From assembly GCA_030390025.1 (NCBI GenBank), contig CM059432.1:153700001-153764000 (forward strand): a stretch of DNA of 64,000 nucleotides, written 5' to 3'. The translations under genes were made by a program, and so were the position numbers. The notes beneath the pieces were generated by a model. The model worked only from the letters and a program-made list of their open reading frames with translations. It searched no databases and was not told the DNA's origin. Origin of the DNA: Squalus acanthias (taxonomy: Eukaryota). Of the stretch, positions 37,934-49,874 are shown piece by piece; within the stretch, counting starts at the first letter, position 1, and each line of letters starts with the position of its first letter.

Positions 37934-38329
37934 TAGGTTTCAGCTCCAATTCAGACCAACAATGGTTTTGCTCCACACCTACCCGTTAACAAACAGTGAG
38001 CTGCAGTCCCATGTCCCCAAAGTGACCTTTCGAAAGTTAAAATTTCTGATATAGCAAAAAAAATCTGTGGAATGAGCAGGCTCGAACAACACCGTTTGCC
38101 TGCTGTTACTTTTCTGTTGATTTGAACCTGGCAAAGAGAAATAGGGTGAAGCAAAAACTGACCGCGGGGGAAGGAAACTAGTTGGTTACATTTACATTTT
38201 TGGGAAACCCATTCCTTAAAGCTGAAAGCTGTAGAGCTGATACTGAGCTATAAGAAGTGCTTCATTTTTACAATGGTTTGTCTTCATTACACAGGACAGC
38301 AATACAATTTACACAGTATATATTTACTG

Positions 38330-38430
38330 ACATTACTGCAGTGACTACACTTCAAAGTACTTAATTGGCAGTAAAGCACTTTGGGACATCCTAAGGTCGT
38401 GAAAAGCGCTATATAAATGCAAGTCTTTCT
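38330..38430 (+). mobile_element. SacSINE1-like 3' fragment
   Basis: SINE tail ending gcgctatataaatgcaagtctttct. Confidence 0.78.
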
Positions 38431-38545
38431 AACAGTCCAGAAAGGACAACTACAGAACTTAAAATAATTTTATCACCATGTGTTATTGTTTAATAAATCA
38501 CTCTAAAATGTGTTACCTGAAAGTAAAGTTCAAATAATTTCTTAC

Positions 38546-38666
38546 CTGTAATTGAGCAGTACACTATATGTGGAGCAATCTCCCTTATGTCTCCATATCC
38601 GAGACCCATTTCTGCTAGTTTTCCAGGAACATAATTTTCAATCAGCACATCACAAACAGATGCCAG
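38546..38666 (-). CDS. SUGCT: SUGCT internal coding exon, 121 nt
   Basis: tttgtaccctacag|CTGGCA...ATTACAG|gtaag; encodes [40 protein letters not shown](G), with DVxxEN and YCSITG motifs; phase 0 in, phase 1 out. Confidence 0.96.
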
Positions 38667-39422
38667 CTGTAGGGTACAAATCAAAGGCATGTTTTGTAAT
38701 TTATTACAGATTTTATCTATAAAAACACACACATTACACTGGAATAATGATAGGGAGAAACACATTTGGAATAAATACTAAATGAACTGCATCTGCATCA
38801 ATCAGCTTTTAACCTCTAAACCACTGGTCTAAGCATTAGATGTGCTAATACAAAGCTGGGTTTGGGTTCTAACAATTTTCATATTTCCTTCCCTTTGTTT
38901 CAGTGACTGCATTTCTACTGTTTTATAATAAACCACAGCTAAGACTAGGTTAGTCACATATATAAAGCAGGATAGTGGACACAGACAATATCAAACCAAG
39001 AACAAAGCTGGAGTGACTTACATCTCTCAGGATTAGATCAAAGTTGTTTAATTTGAATTATTGGATCCTGCAAATTCAGCTTGTGCTGAAAAAGCCTCCT
39101 TGCCATTTTAATGCAATTGCTTAGTTCGAATTACTAGATAATTCAAACTTCTTTGGACAAAAAGAAAACAATTTGAATATCATGAGTGGGCTGTATCACA
39201 TTAAATTCATCCAATATCTTGGTGAATGTTTTTTTACTGTAACTATTCCAGTGCCATTAGATAGTGTAAACAGTGACATAGGACAGGACTGGACTGAGAT
39301 GGAAGTGTCTGGAACAGGTGGTGGGACTTGCAATTACAGGAACACTTACTACCTGGAAATAGAATAAATCCCTCAGATATTTTCACCAGCACAATGTTAT
39401 CACAATTCATACTGATCTAAAG

Positions 39423-40249
39423 CAGTGCTGTCCAATAGAAATTGCTGACTAGCTATGGTGGCATCATTTTAGCCACATGCACTAATTGTAGGAGAAAACA
39501 TCTTACACACAATACAGTTAAATGTTCTTCCCGTGTATATTTATTTAATAAACATCTACCACCATTCAGTGCGAGACATTGCAGTCATTCTCTTTCATCA
39601 ATGTTTGGAATTCTGACGTGAATTTATCAGACACAGCACATCTTAGTGCAGCTTCTAGGCTTTTGTCTTGCAGTTGCGAGCAGTACTTTAACTTCATCAC
39701 AGTGATTGCTGAGAATGCTGACCACACAACGAGACGCGTCAGACCTGCCCCTGCTCTCCATCCAGAACGCGGTTGGATGCTGCTTGCCCTTTGCTATGAC
39801 ATGCCCTGTTGCAGCTGCTCATTACTGGTTGTGATTGCTCTCTTTTGCTGGCCTGGAGAGGTTATTGTGAATGATCAAGCTGAATGTGATGCTAGCTCCC
39901 CACTCCATACAACATTGCTGGTATTACCATGGTGCTGAAGACCAGTGCTGTCATCCATGTTACACACCATTTTAGCAGAAACCAATAAGCAGTAACCAAG
40001 GAAGTAAAGCGCACACAACGATCAAAAAACACTCGCGCACGCTGTCTTTCGTTTTATCAGTTTACCAATAAATGCACAAAAAGGTTAAAGGCCACATGCA
40101 TACACCACACAAATATGAGTATTGAGATCTCATGCCCAATGATGGTGTCTGTTACTCATTTTTTATTTATTAATCAACAATGCAATTAGCCACATCTGGA
40201 TTTCCCATTAGCCACAGGTGGCTAGTTGCTAACGTATTGGACAACACTG
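39423..40249. mobile_element. hAT-Charlie (MER3/MER33-like) non-autonomous element, long copy
   Basis: 15-bp TIRs cagtgctgtccaata / tattggacaacactg; 8-bp TSD atctaaag / atctaaaa. Confidence 0.88.
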
Positions 40250-41015
40250 ATCTAAAACACATTGCCAATACCACCTGTGGGATTGGAAGGGGGAATACTA
40301 AAAAACCATGGCAGGTTCTCACAGTAATATATAAAAGACTACAGGGCCTGGGGATAACTAGCACTGCATCTAATTTTATTATGATGCACAACCTATGCAA
40401 CTTACTTACATTGTCCTCTGTGGCTTATAGGTTCCTCCATAGCATCAGGAAATAAAGATCTCAAAAAACATATCACGATTTGTTTATTCTGCAACAAGTG
40501 ATAACCTTCCTATTCCTGTTGCACTATTTCAGCCCAGTAAATTAATGATTTAATGATTCACATCTTGAGCCAATTTGTTTAAATTTGATGGGAGAATTCG
40601 TAAAAAGACCACATGCCACAACAGACTGAATTTAGAATTTAAAAAATAGGATGAAGGTTTTCTTTCACTCCATCTCAAGATCACCACAAGCCACAAGCCC
40701 CCGAGACACATGAAAGGAAATTAGGAATGCAGTCACTGGTTGGATTTTGTACTAGCCAAAACAAGTCACGCTCAAGCTAACTACATTCTTGAATGTATTT
40801 TCTTTCTTTTGACATTACACCCACAGCTCTAAAACAAGATTCTACCCTGGTCTTCAAAGCACGCATGGCTTCTATGGAGTTTGCGAAAATTCCACTGACC
40901 CACAACATGGAAACCTTGTTTTGCCAGGACCTACAACACAAAGTTGCTCTAATTGCTAAAATAAATTGAAATGGTACAGCCTCCGGTTTCCACCACTAGA
41001 TGGGAGTCTCGAGCA

Positions 41016-41567
41016 CAGGGGTGTCCAAGCTTTTGTATACGTGGGCAACTTGACTATACTATGGAGCCTCCAGGGTCATATCTACAGTTTAAATCTATGC
41101 TCCCAATAATTTTCAGACATTTCAAGCTGCTGATCCTAACAGATCTTGGTGTTCTAGAGTCCTGGCCAATATTCATCCTTCAAACAACACCATCAAGACA
41201 GATTATCTAGTCATTTATCTCATTGCTGTTTGTAGGACCTTGCTGTATGCAAATTTCTGCCATGCTTCCCTACATTACAACAGTGACTGCACTGCAAAAG
41301 TACTTCATTGGCTGTGAACCGCTTTGGGGCGTCCTGAGGTTGTGAAAGGTGTTGCATAAATGCAAGTTCTTCTTTCTAATTTAGGATTTTTCCACAACTG
41401 AGGTAACAGTCCTTTCCAAACCTCCAGGCTCGTGAAATTAAACCAGGACAAACCAGCAAATAAGAAATATAGGTGCCAAATAGAACCGCAATAGCCTGGG
41501 TTCAAGGATCATATTGCCATGGCTCATAGGCAATATTTGGCCTATGGTCGTAGTTTCAACACCCCTT
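41016..41567. mobile_element. hAT-Charlie MITE containing a SacSINE1-like fragment (about 41150-41378)
   Basis: Ends caggggtgtccaa / ttcaacacccctt; flanks ctcgagca / ctctagct (6 of 8 match). Confidence 0.6.
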
Positions 41568-42056
41568 CTCTAGCTTTACAATACCAGGCACACCTTTGTG
41601 ATCCCTCTTCATGGGCTCTGTGCTGTAATACTATGAAGCTTTGTTGTAACAACTTGGTGCCTTCAGAAACTGTAACACCACCATTTCACTGAAAAGTCCA
41701 CTTCATGGATCTTTGTAAAAATGGAGAAACAGAAGAAAAGCATAAGGGGGAAGGACAGCCAAGCCCCTGCACCTGCTGCTTCCGACAAGTGTGAACAATT
41801 TGCATTAACCAATCGAACATCACAGTCTACCTTATTCACCCTGACCAAGTGCATTCCACACTTGTTCTGCCAGTGAACTGCCCTTTGTGGTCAGAAGAAA
41901 AGGCCAAATCATGGCCTCCAAATCAGAGCTTTCACACCTCATGAGTTCATATCTGGAATTCAGGTGTGAATGATCAGTGATTTTCTGTCCATTCTGGCCT
42001 CCGGACCCGAACTTCTGATATGCACCCCAGGTACACGGAGTTCTGTACTGGGAGAG

Positions 42057-43502
42057 CCCTCTCCTCAAAAAAAACAACCCTTGACCCCTCCATCCTTGCA
42101 AACTACCACCCATCTCCAACCTCCCTTTCCTCTCCAAAGTCCTTGAACGTGTTGTCGCGTCCCAAATCCGTGTCCATCTTTCCCGCAACTCCATGTTTGA
42201 ATCCCTCCAATCAGGTTTCCGCCTCACCACAGTACCGAAACGGCTCTCATCAAAGTCACAAATTACATCCTTTGTGACTGTGACAACGGTAAACTTTCCC
42301 TCCTCGTCCTTCTCAATTTGTCTGCAGCCTTTCACACGGTTGAGCACTCCGTCCTCCTCCAACGCCTCTCCACCGTCGTCCAGCTGGGTGGGACTGCACT
42401 CGCCGGGTTCCATTCTTATCTATCTAATCGTAGCCAGAGAATCACTGGCAACAGCTTCTCTTCCCGCTCCTGCATCGTTACCTCTGGTGTCCCCAAGGAT
42501 CTATCCTTGGCCCTCCTATTTCTCATCTACATGTTGCCCCTTGGCGACATGATCTGAAAACAGCGTCAGTTTCCACAAGTATACTAACAACAGCCAGCTC
42601 TACCTCACCACCACCTCTCTCCACTCTTCCACTCTCTTTAAATTGTCAGACTGCTTGTCTGACATCCAGTGCCAGATGAGCAGAAATTTCCTCCATTTAA
42701 TTATTGTGAAGACCAAAGCCATTGTCTTCAGTCCCCGCTACAAACTCTGCTCCCTAGCCATCGACTCCATCCCTCTCCCCGGCAACTGTCTGGGGCTGAA
42801 CCAGACTGTTCGCAACCTTGATGCCATCGCTGAGACCGCCTATTCCTACCTCTGGAATATCGCTCGACTCCGCCCCTGCCTCAGCTCAACTGCTGCTGAA
42901 ACCCTCATCAATGCTTTTGTTACCTCTAGACTTGACCATTCCAACACACTCCTGGCCGGCCTTCCACGTTCTACCCTACGTAAACTTGAGGTCATTCAAA
43001 ACTCGGCTACCAGTGTCCTAACTCACACCAGGTCCCATTCACCCATCACCCCTGTGTTCGCTGACCTACATTGGCTCCCGGTAAAGCAATGCCTCGATTT
43101 CAAAATTCTCATCCTTGTTTTCAAATCCCTCCATGGCCTCGCCCCTCCCTATCTCTGTAACCTCCTCCAGCTCCACAACCCCCCCCGAGATATCTGCGCT
43201 CCTCTAAATCATCCCTCTTGAGCATCCCTGATTATAATCGCTCAACCATTGCCGTGCCTTCTGTTGCCTGGGCCCTAAGCTCTGGAATTCCCTCCCTAAA
43301 CCTCTCCGCCTCTCTACCTCTCTTTCCTCCTTTAAGACGCTCCTTAAAACCCACCCCTTTGACCAAGCTTTTGGTCATCTGTCTTAATTTCTCCTTATGT
43401 GGCTCAGTGTCAAATTTTTGTCTTATAATACTCCTGTGAAGCACCTTGGGACGTTTTACTACATTAAAGGCGCTATATAAATACAAGTTGTTGTTGTTGT
43501 TG
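42057..43502 (+). mobile_element. L2 LINE 3' part (RT), frameshifted
   Basis: FESLQSGFR, LSAAF.TV.H, AFVTSRLDHSN, DLHWLPV; (ttg)n tail. Confidence 0.93.
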
Positions 43503-43825
43503 CTGCTAATTCCAGGAATCTACCTCAATAGTCTAGGTGGAGTGTCCAAAGTTATAGATATGCTTAAAAATGACCTGATAGTAAAAGTGTGACTTTCCAC
43601 CAGTTCAAGATTCTCTGTAGATTCTGTATTGTGACAAAGATATCAATAGACTCAAAGTAGGTGCTTAAGCCAAGAAATAAAACATTTAACAGGTGCTAGC
43701 GAAGAATGAACTTGCCTCATCCTGTCTCTCAGGAACATCCTAAAGTGAACATTACCAAAAATACAACAAATTACTTTAAAATTCTGTCTCCATTTTGTAG
43801 ATGGGCATGGTAGCCATTTTGCATA

Positions 43826-44150
43826 GTCTCTGTTTCTCTCTCCTCTTCCGACTCTCCCCTTCCTCTCCTCTTCCGACTCTCCCCTTCCTCTCCTCATCTT
43901 CTGCCTTTCTCTCATACCACACCTCTTCTGCTTCTCTATCGCTTCCTCCCTCCTCTTCTGCTTCTCTCCCTCCCTTCCTATTCTTCTGCTGCTCTCTCTT
44001 CTTCCTTCCTCTTCTACTTCTCTCATTCCCTCCCTCTTCTGGTTCTCTGTTCCTCCCTCCCTCACTTTTCTGCTTCTCTCTCGTTCCCTCCCTCCTCTGC
44101 TTTTCTCTTGCTTCTTCCCTCCCTTGATCTCTCACTCAGTCCTCCTCTCT
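43826..44150. repeat. Pyrimidine-rich low-complexity tract
   Basis: Almost only C/T with degenerate tcctctcctcttc units. Confidence 0.9.
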
Positions 44151-44359
44151 ACCATTCATTGAAAGCCAATGTGAAGCAGTTATTGTCAAGGCTGTGTAGG
44201 ACAGGAGGTTGTACTGAGAAAAGTCAGAACTGCTGAATGATTCACCCCACTTCCTTTCACATGTTCCACCTGCATAATTCACTAAAATAAACGTATAATT
44301 TTTTTTAATTGCTTATGTAAGAAACCTTTGTAACAAAAACGATTTTTGAAAGGACTTAC

Positions 44360-44410
44360 ATCTTTTATTATACGGGCACCACAGGGGTCCTTCAGATTCA
44401 CTGCTATACT
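44360..44410 (-). CDS. SUGCT: SUGCT internal coding exon, 51 nt
   Basis: ttttttctcag|AGTATAGCA...ATAAAAGAT|gtaagt; encodes SIAVNLKDPCGARIIKD, phase 0 at both ends, continuing NRNKK-S. Confidence 0.93.
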
Positions 44411-44769
44411 CTGAGAAAAAAATAAAAAGTACATTATTCAAAGCAGATTGCATTAAATATTATTTCATATTAACATAGTCACCACACATGGAATCAGCTG
44501 CCAAGTTAAATGAGACAAACATGGCCACAAATGGGACATGCAGTTTCCTTCTATCGTTACAAACCTGAGTCTGTCAAACGACAAAGCTCACATAATAATC
44601 AAACTACCTACACTCCTTAAATAAAAAGTCCCCTGTAATCAATTTAGTCATCTAGAAAATGAAATAGCTAAACTCCAATAAACAAATAGAATTCAAACAG
44701 CACAGAGCTGACTCTTGATCAGATAGAACTATAGCGGTTCTAAATGGACTCCATGTGACTCAAGTGCAA

Positions 44770-44986
44770 CAGAGGTTTAGCTACCATTGGTACAAATATT
44801 TAGCTACAACGTTACAATGGTTTGCTACTAGTGTTAGAGGTTCAACTAACAATGTTACAGAGTTTTAGCTACCAATATTACAAAGGTTTAGCTACCAATG
44901 TAGCTACGGCACAGGCACGACAAATGGCCTCCTTCTGTGCTGTATCATTCTATGATTCTGATGTTACAAAGGTTTGTTACCAATAT
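44770..44986. repeat. Degenerate 23-bp minisatellite (gttacaaaggtttagctaccaat), resuming at about 52066-52120
   Basis: Several diverged units on both sides of the 44987-52065 CR1 cluster. Confidence 0.75.
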
Positions 44987-45589
44987 AGAATCATAGAATG
45001 GTTACAGCACAGGAGGCCATTCAGCCCATTGAGTCTGTGCCGGCTCTCTGCAAGAGCACTTCAGCTAGTCCCACTCCCCCCGCCCTTTCCTGTAGCCCTG
45101 CAATTTTTTTTCCTTCAGGTACTTATCCAATTCCCTTTAGAAAGCCACGATTGAATCTGCCTCCACCACCCTTTCAGGCAGTGCATTCTTGATCCTAACC
45201 ACTCGCTGCGTAAAAAAGTTTTTCCTCATGTCACCTTTGGTTCTTTTCCCAATCACCTTAAATCTGTGTCCTCTGGCTCTCGACCCTTCTGCCAATGGGA
45301 ACAGTTTCTCTCTGTCTACTCTGTCTAGACTCATGATTTTCAATACCTCTATCAAATCTCTTCTCAACCTTCTCTGCTCTAAGGAGAACAACCCCAGCTT
45401 CTCTAGTCTATCCATGTAACTGTAGTCCCTCATCCCTGGAATCATTCTCGTAAATCTTTTCTGCACCCTCTCTAAGGCCTTCACATCCTTCCTAAAATGC
45501 GGCGCCCAGAATTGGACACAATACTCCAGTTGAGGCCAAACCAGTGTTTTATACAGGTTCATCATAACTTCCTTGCTTTTGTACTCTAT

Positions 45590-46368
45590 GGGCTGGATTT
45601 TCATTGACCTGTGGAGGCGGGTTTGGAGGCGTGTGGGGGGTTAAAATTGCGAAAACTGGCGGGTGGGCACAAGTCTGCCTCCATCCCGCCTCCACGCAAT
45701 TTTCATTAAATCGTGTCTGCTGGTCCTGACTCCGTCCCGCCTTTAAGAGGCAGGATAGGCTGTTAAGGCCCTTAACAAGCACTAAATTGCCTCTATAATG
45801 CCTTTTTGAAAGGCCTTTGTGATTTTAACCCTTGATCTACGTGAAGCACGCCTGTTCTGAACCACGATTGTGAAACCTGGCGGGAGCACATTTGGATAGC
45901 TGACTATCAGCTACAGGTCCACTATTACAACGGAGATGTGATGAAGGTAGTAGTAGTATTAGGTCTGAAAGTCGCCTCTGATGCTGCTGCATTGAAGGTC
46001 TTCGGAGACTGCCTGGCCTTTGCTGTGAGAGGACCTAGATTGCAAAAATATTTCTTTCTTTCTTTCTTTCTCTCTCTCTCTCTCTCTCTCTCCATCCAGA
46101 CTTGGAGCTGCTGCTCATTTTGCATCCAGGTCCTCTCACAGCAAAGGCCAGGCAGTCTCTGACCTTCATTGCAGCAGCAATGATGACATCATCAGAGGCG
46201 ACTTTCAGACTGAAACCACTAATTGGTTCATGGGTTCCCACATGCTGGAACTCAATTGCCCAATTAGGTGAAAATTGCATCAATCTCCCAAATCCAATTG
46301 CAGTCGGGTGGATAACACGAAATGCGGATGAAACGACCCCAACCCGCCCCAGTATCAAAATCCAGCCC
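45590..46368. mobile_element. Harbinger-type MITE with internal foldback
   Basis: Perfect 12-bp TIR GGGCTGGATTTT, TSD TAT (45587-45589, 46369-46371). Confidence 0.92.
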
Positions 46369-47677
46369 TATGCCTCTAGTTATGAAGCCTAGTATACCGT
46401 ATACTTTTCTAACCACTTTCTCAACCTGCCCTGCCACCTTCAACGATTTCTGCACATATACTCCCAGGTCTCTCTGTTCATGCACCCCCTTTAGGATTGT
46501 ACCCTTTAGTTTATATTGCCTCTCCTCGTTCTTCCTACCAAAATGTATCACTTTGCACCTTTCTGCGTTAAATTTCATCTGCCACGTGTCTGCCCATTTC
46601 ACCAGCCTGTCTATGTCTTCTTGAAGTCTATCACTATCTTCCTCACTGTTCACTATACTTCCAAGTTTTGTGTCATCTGCAAATTTTGAAACTGTGCCCT
46701 GTACTCCCAAGTCCAAGTCATTAATATATATCAAGAAAAGCAGTGGTCCTAGTACCGACCCCTGGGGAACACCACTGTATACCTTCCTCCAGTCCGAAAA
46801 ACAACAGTTCACCACTACTTTCTGTTTCCTGTCACTTAGCCAATTTCATATCCATGCTACCACTGTTCCTTTTATTCCATGGGCTTCAATCCTATTATGT
46901 GGTACTTTATCAAACGCCTTTTGGAAATCCATATAGACCACGTCAACCGCATTGCCCTCATCAACTCTCTCTGTTAACTCATCAAAAAACTCGATCAAGT
47001 TAGTTAAACATGATTTGCCTTTAACAAATTCATGCTGGCTTTCCTTAATTAATCCACACTTGTCCAAGTGACTGTTAACTTTGTCCCTGATTATCATATC
47101 TAAAACCTTCCCCACTACTGAGGTTAAACAGACTGGCCTGTAGTTGCTGGGTTTATCCTTACACCCTTTTTTGAACAATGGTGTAACATTTGCAATTCTC
47201 CAGTCCTCTGGCACCACCCCCGTATCTAAGGAGGATTGGAAGATTATGGCCAGTACCTCCGCGATTTCCTCCTTAACCTCCCTCTGCATCCTAGGATGCA
47301 TCCCATGTGACTTATCAACGTTAAGTACGGACAGCCTTTCTACTATAGAAACATAGAAACATAGGAGCAGCAGTCGGCCATTCGGACCTTCGAGCCTGCT
47401 CCGCCATTCAATATGATCATGGCTGATCCTCTATCTCAATACCATATTCCCGCTCTCTCCCCATACCCCTTGATGCCTTTTGTGTCTAGCAATCTATCTA
47501 TCTCCTTCTTAAATATATTCAGTGACTTGGCCTCCACAGCCTTCTGTGGTAGAGAATTCCACAGGTTCACCACCCTCTGAGTGAAGAAATGTCTCCTCAT
47601 CTCAGTCCTAAATGTCCTACCCCTTATCCTGAGACTGTGACCCTCGTTCTAGACCCGCCAGCCAGGGGAAACATCCT

Positions 47678-47945
47678 GCGGAGGCAGCCGAAGGAGCGGC
47701 GGTATAAAGGTGAGCCCCGAGGCGTGGTAGGCCCAGAGCAGCGGAGCCAGCCCGAGGAGTGGCGAGCGGCGGTATAAAGGTGAGCCCCGAGGCGTGGTAG
47801 GCCCAGAGCAGCGGAGGCAGCCCGAGCAGCGGCGAGCGGCAGTATAAAGGTGAGCTAGGGGGATTTTCCCTAATCCAGGTCCGGGAGAGGGAAGCAAAAA
47901 ACAATCGAACTGTGACGTCACCAAGAAGCAGGTAAGTGATTGGTT
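47678..47945 (+). promoter_or_regulatory. Putative CR1 5' UTR promoter: 70-bp tandem repeats with TATAAA, plus CRE and inverted CCAAT
   Basis: TATAAA at 47703, 47773, 47843; TGACGTCA at 47913-47920; gattgg at about 47938; CpG-rich. Confidence 0.55.
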
Positions 47946-49874
47946 GGTGAGTATTTTCCTTCGAAATTTTTCTAAACTTAAAATTTTGCGGTTTTTAGGG
48001 TCTCTGTTGTGTAGCGGGGACTACTGTTAAGAAAGGGCCCTTGAGTATATCATTTAATTGAAGTGAAATTGGTGGGATTCATTTAATTTGATTTTAATTA
48101 ATTAATTAAAGGGTAAGTCATGGCAGGAGAGCTCCGCCCCGTGATATGCTCCTCCTGCTATATGTGGGAAATCAGGGACAAATAACCTCCCAGAAATGTT
48201 GGAGAACATAGGGTCTGATGAAAGGGAGGAACTGAAAGAAATCAGTATTTGCAGGGAAATGATGTTAGGGAAATTGACGGGATTGAAGGCCGATAAATCC
48301 CCAGGGCCTGATAATCTACATCCTAGGGTACTTAAGGAAGTGGCCCTAGAAATAGTAGATGCATTGCTGATCATCTTCCAGCATTCGATGGAATCTGGAA
48401 CTGTACCCATGGATTGGAGGGTAGCTAATGTTACCCCACTATTCAAAAAGGGTGGTAGAGAGAAAGCGGGGAATTATAGACTGGTAAGCCTGACATCGGT
48501 AGTGGGGAAAATGCTAGAGAGCATTATAAAGGATGTAATAGCTGAGCACTTGGAAAACAGTGACAGGATTGGACAAAGTCAACATGGATTTACAAAAGGT
48601 AAATCGTGCTTGACTAATCTACTGGAATTTTTTGAGGATGTTACTGGGAAAATAGATAAGGGAGAACCAGTAAATGTAGTGTATTTGGACTTTCAAAAGG
48701 CTTTCGATAAGGTCCCGCTTAAGAGATTAGCGTGTAAAGTTAAGGCACATGGGATTGGGGGCAAGGTATTGACTTGGATAGAGAACTGGTTGGCGGACAG
48801 AAAGCAGAGAGTAGGAATTAATGGGTCTTTTTCCAAGTGGCAGGCAGTGACTAGTGGGGTACCGCAGGGATCGGTCCTTGGACCCCAGCTATTCACAATA
48901 TACATTAATGATCTAGATAAGGGAACTAAATGTATTATCTCCAAGTTTGCAGATGACACAAAGCTGGGTGGGCGTGTGTGCTGCGAGGAGGATACCGAGA
49001 AACTCCAGGATGATCTGGACAGGTTGGGTGAGTGGGCAGAAGCGTGGCAGATGCAATATAACGTGGATAAATGCGAGGTTATCCACTTTGGTGTCAAAAA
49101 CAGAAAGGCAGACTATTATCTGAATGGCAATAGATTGGGAGAAGGGGAAGTGCAACGAGACCTGGGTGTCCTTGTGCACCAATCGCTGAAGGTAAGCATG
49201 TAGGTGCAGCAGGTGGTGAAGAAGGCAAATGGTATGTTGGCCTTCATAGCGAAAGGGTTTGAGTATAGGAACAGGGATGTCCTGCTGCAGTTGTACAGGG
49301 CCTTGGTGAGACCACACCTTGAGTACTGTGTGCAGTTTTGGTCGCCTTATCCGAGGAAGGATGTTCTTGCCATGGAAGGAGTTCAGCAAAGATTCACAAG
49401 GATGATACCTGGGATGGCAGGAATGACATATGAGGAGAGATTGGGTCGATTGGGCTTATACTCGCTGGAGTATAGAAGAATGAGAGGGGATCTCATCGAA
49501 ACATGTAAAATTCTGACAGGTCTGGACAAACTAGATGCAGGAAGAATGTTCCCGATGGTCGGAGAGTCCAGAACCAGGGGTCATAATCTAAGGATAAGGG
49601 GTAAGCCATTTAGGACAGAAATGAGGAAGAATTTCTTCACCCAGAGAGTGGTGAACCTGTGGAATTCTCTACCACAGAAGGTAGTTGAGGCCAAGTCATT
49701 AAATATATTCAAGAATGAGTTAGATATATTTCTTAAAGCTAAAGGTATCAAGGGATATGGGGAGAAGGCAGGTACAGGGTACTGAGTTTGGATGATCAGC
49801 CATGATCTCATCGAATGGCGGAGCAGGCTCAAGGGGCCGAATGGCCTACTCCTGCTCCTATCTTCTATGTTTCT
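47678..49874 (+). mobile_element. CR1 with retained 5' UTR and ORF1 start, large internal deletion, RT frame with one premature stop
   Basis: TSD ATCCT (47673-47677, 49875-49879); ORF1-like start MAGELRPVICSSCYMWEIRD at 48120; RT 48196-49785 with TAG at 49201. Confidence 0.9.

Noticed and set aside
41660..42050. Possible processed pseudogene or extra exon
   Set aside because: No frame resembles SUGCT or another protein I recognise, and the flanking SUGCT exons already join without a gap.
43652..44135. Charged E/R/K-rich ORFs
   Set aside because: Products of a pyrimidine/purine low-complexity tract.
47678..47856. CRISPR-like array
   Set aside because: Whole 70-bp units repeat with no unique spacers; eukaryotic LINE 5' UTR context.
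48693..49389. Antisense ORFs over RT regions (also 3478-3846, 50398-50727)
   Set aside because: Shadow frames of CR1 ORF2 recurring in every copy.
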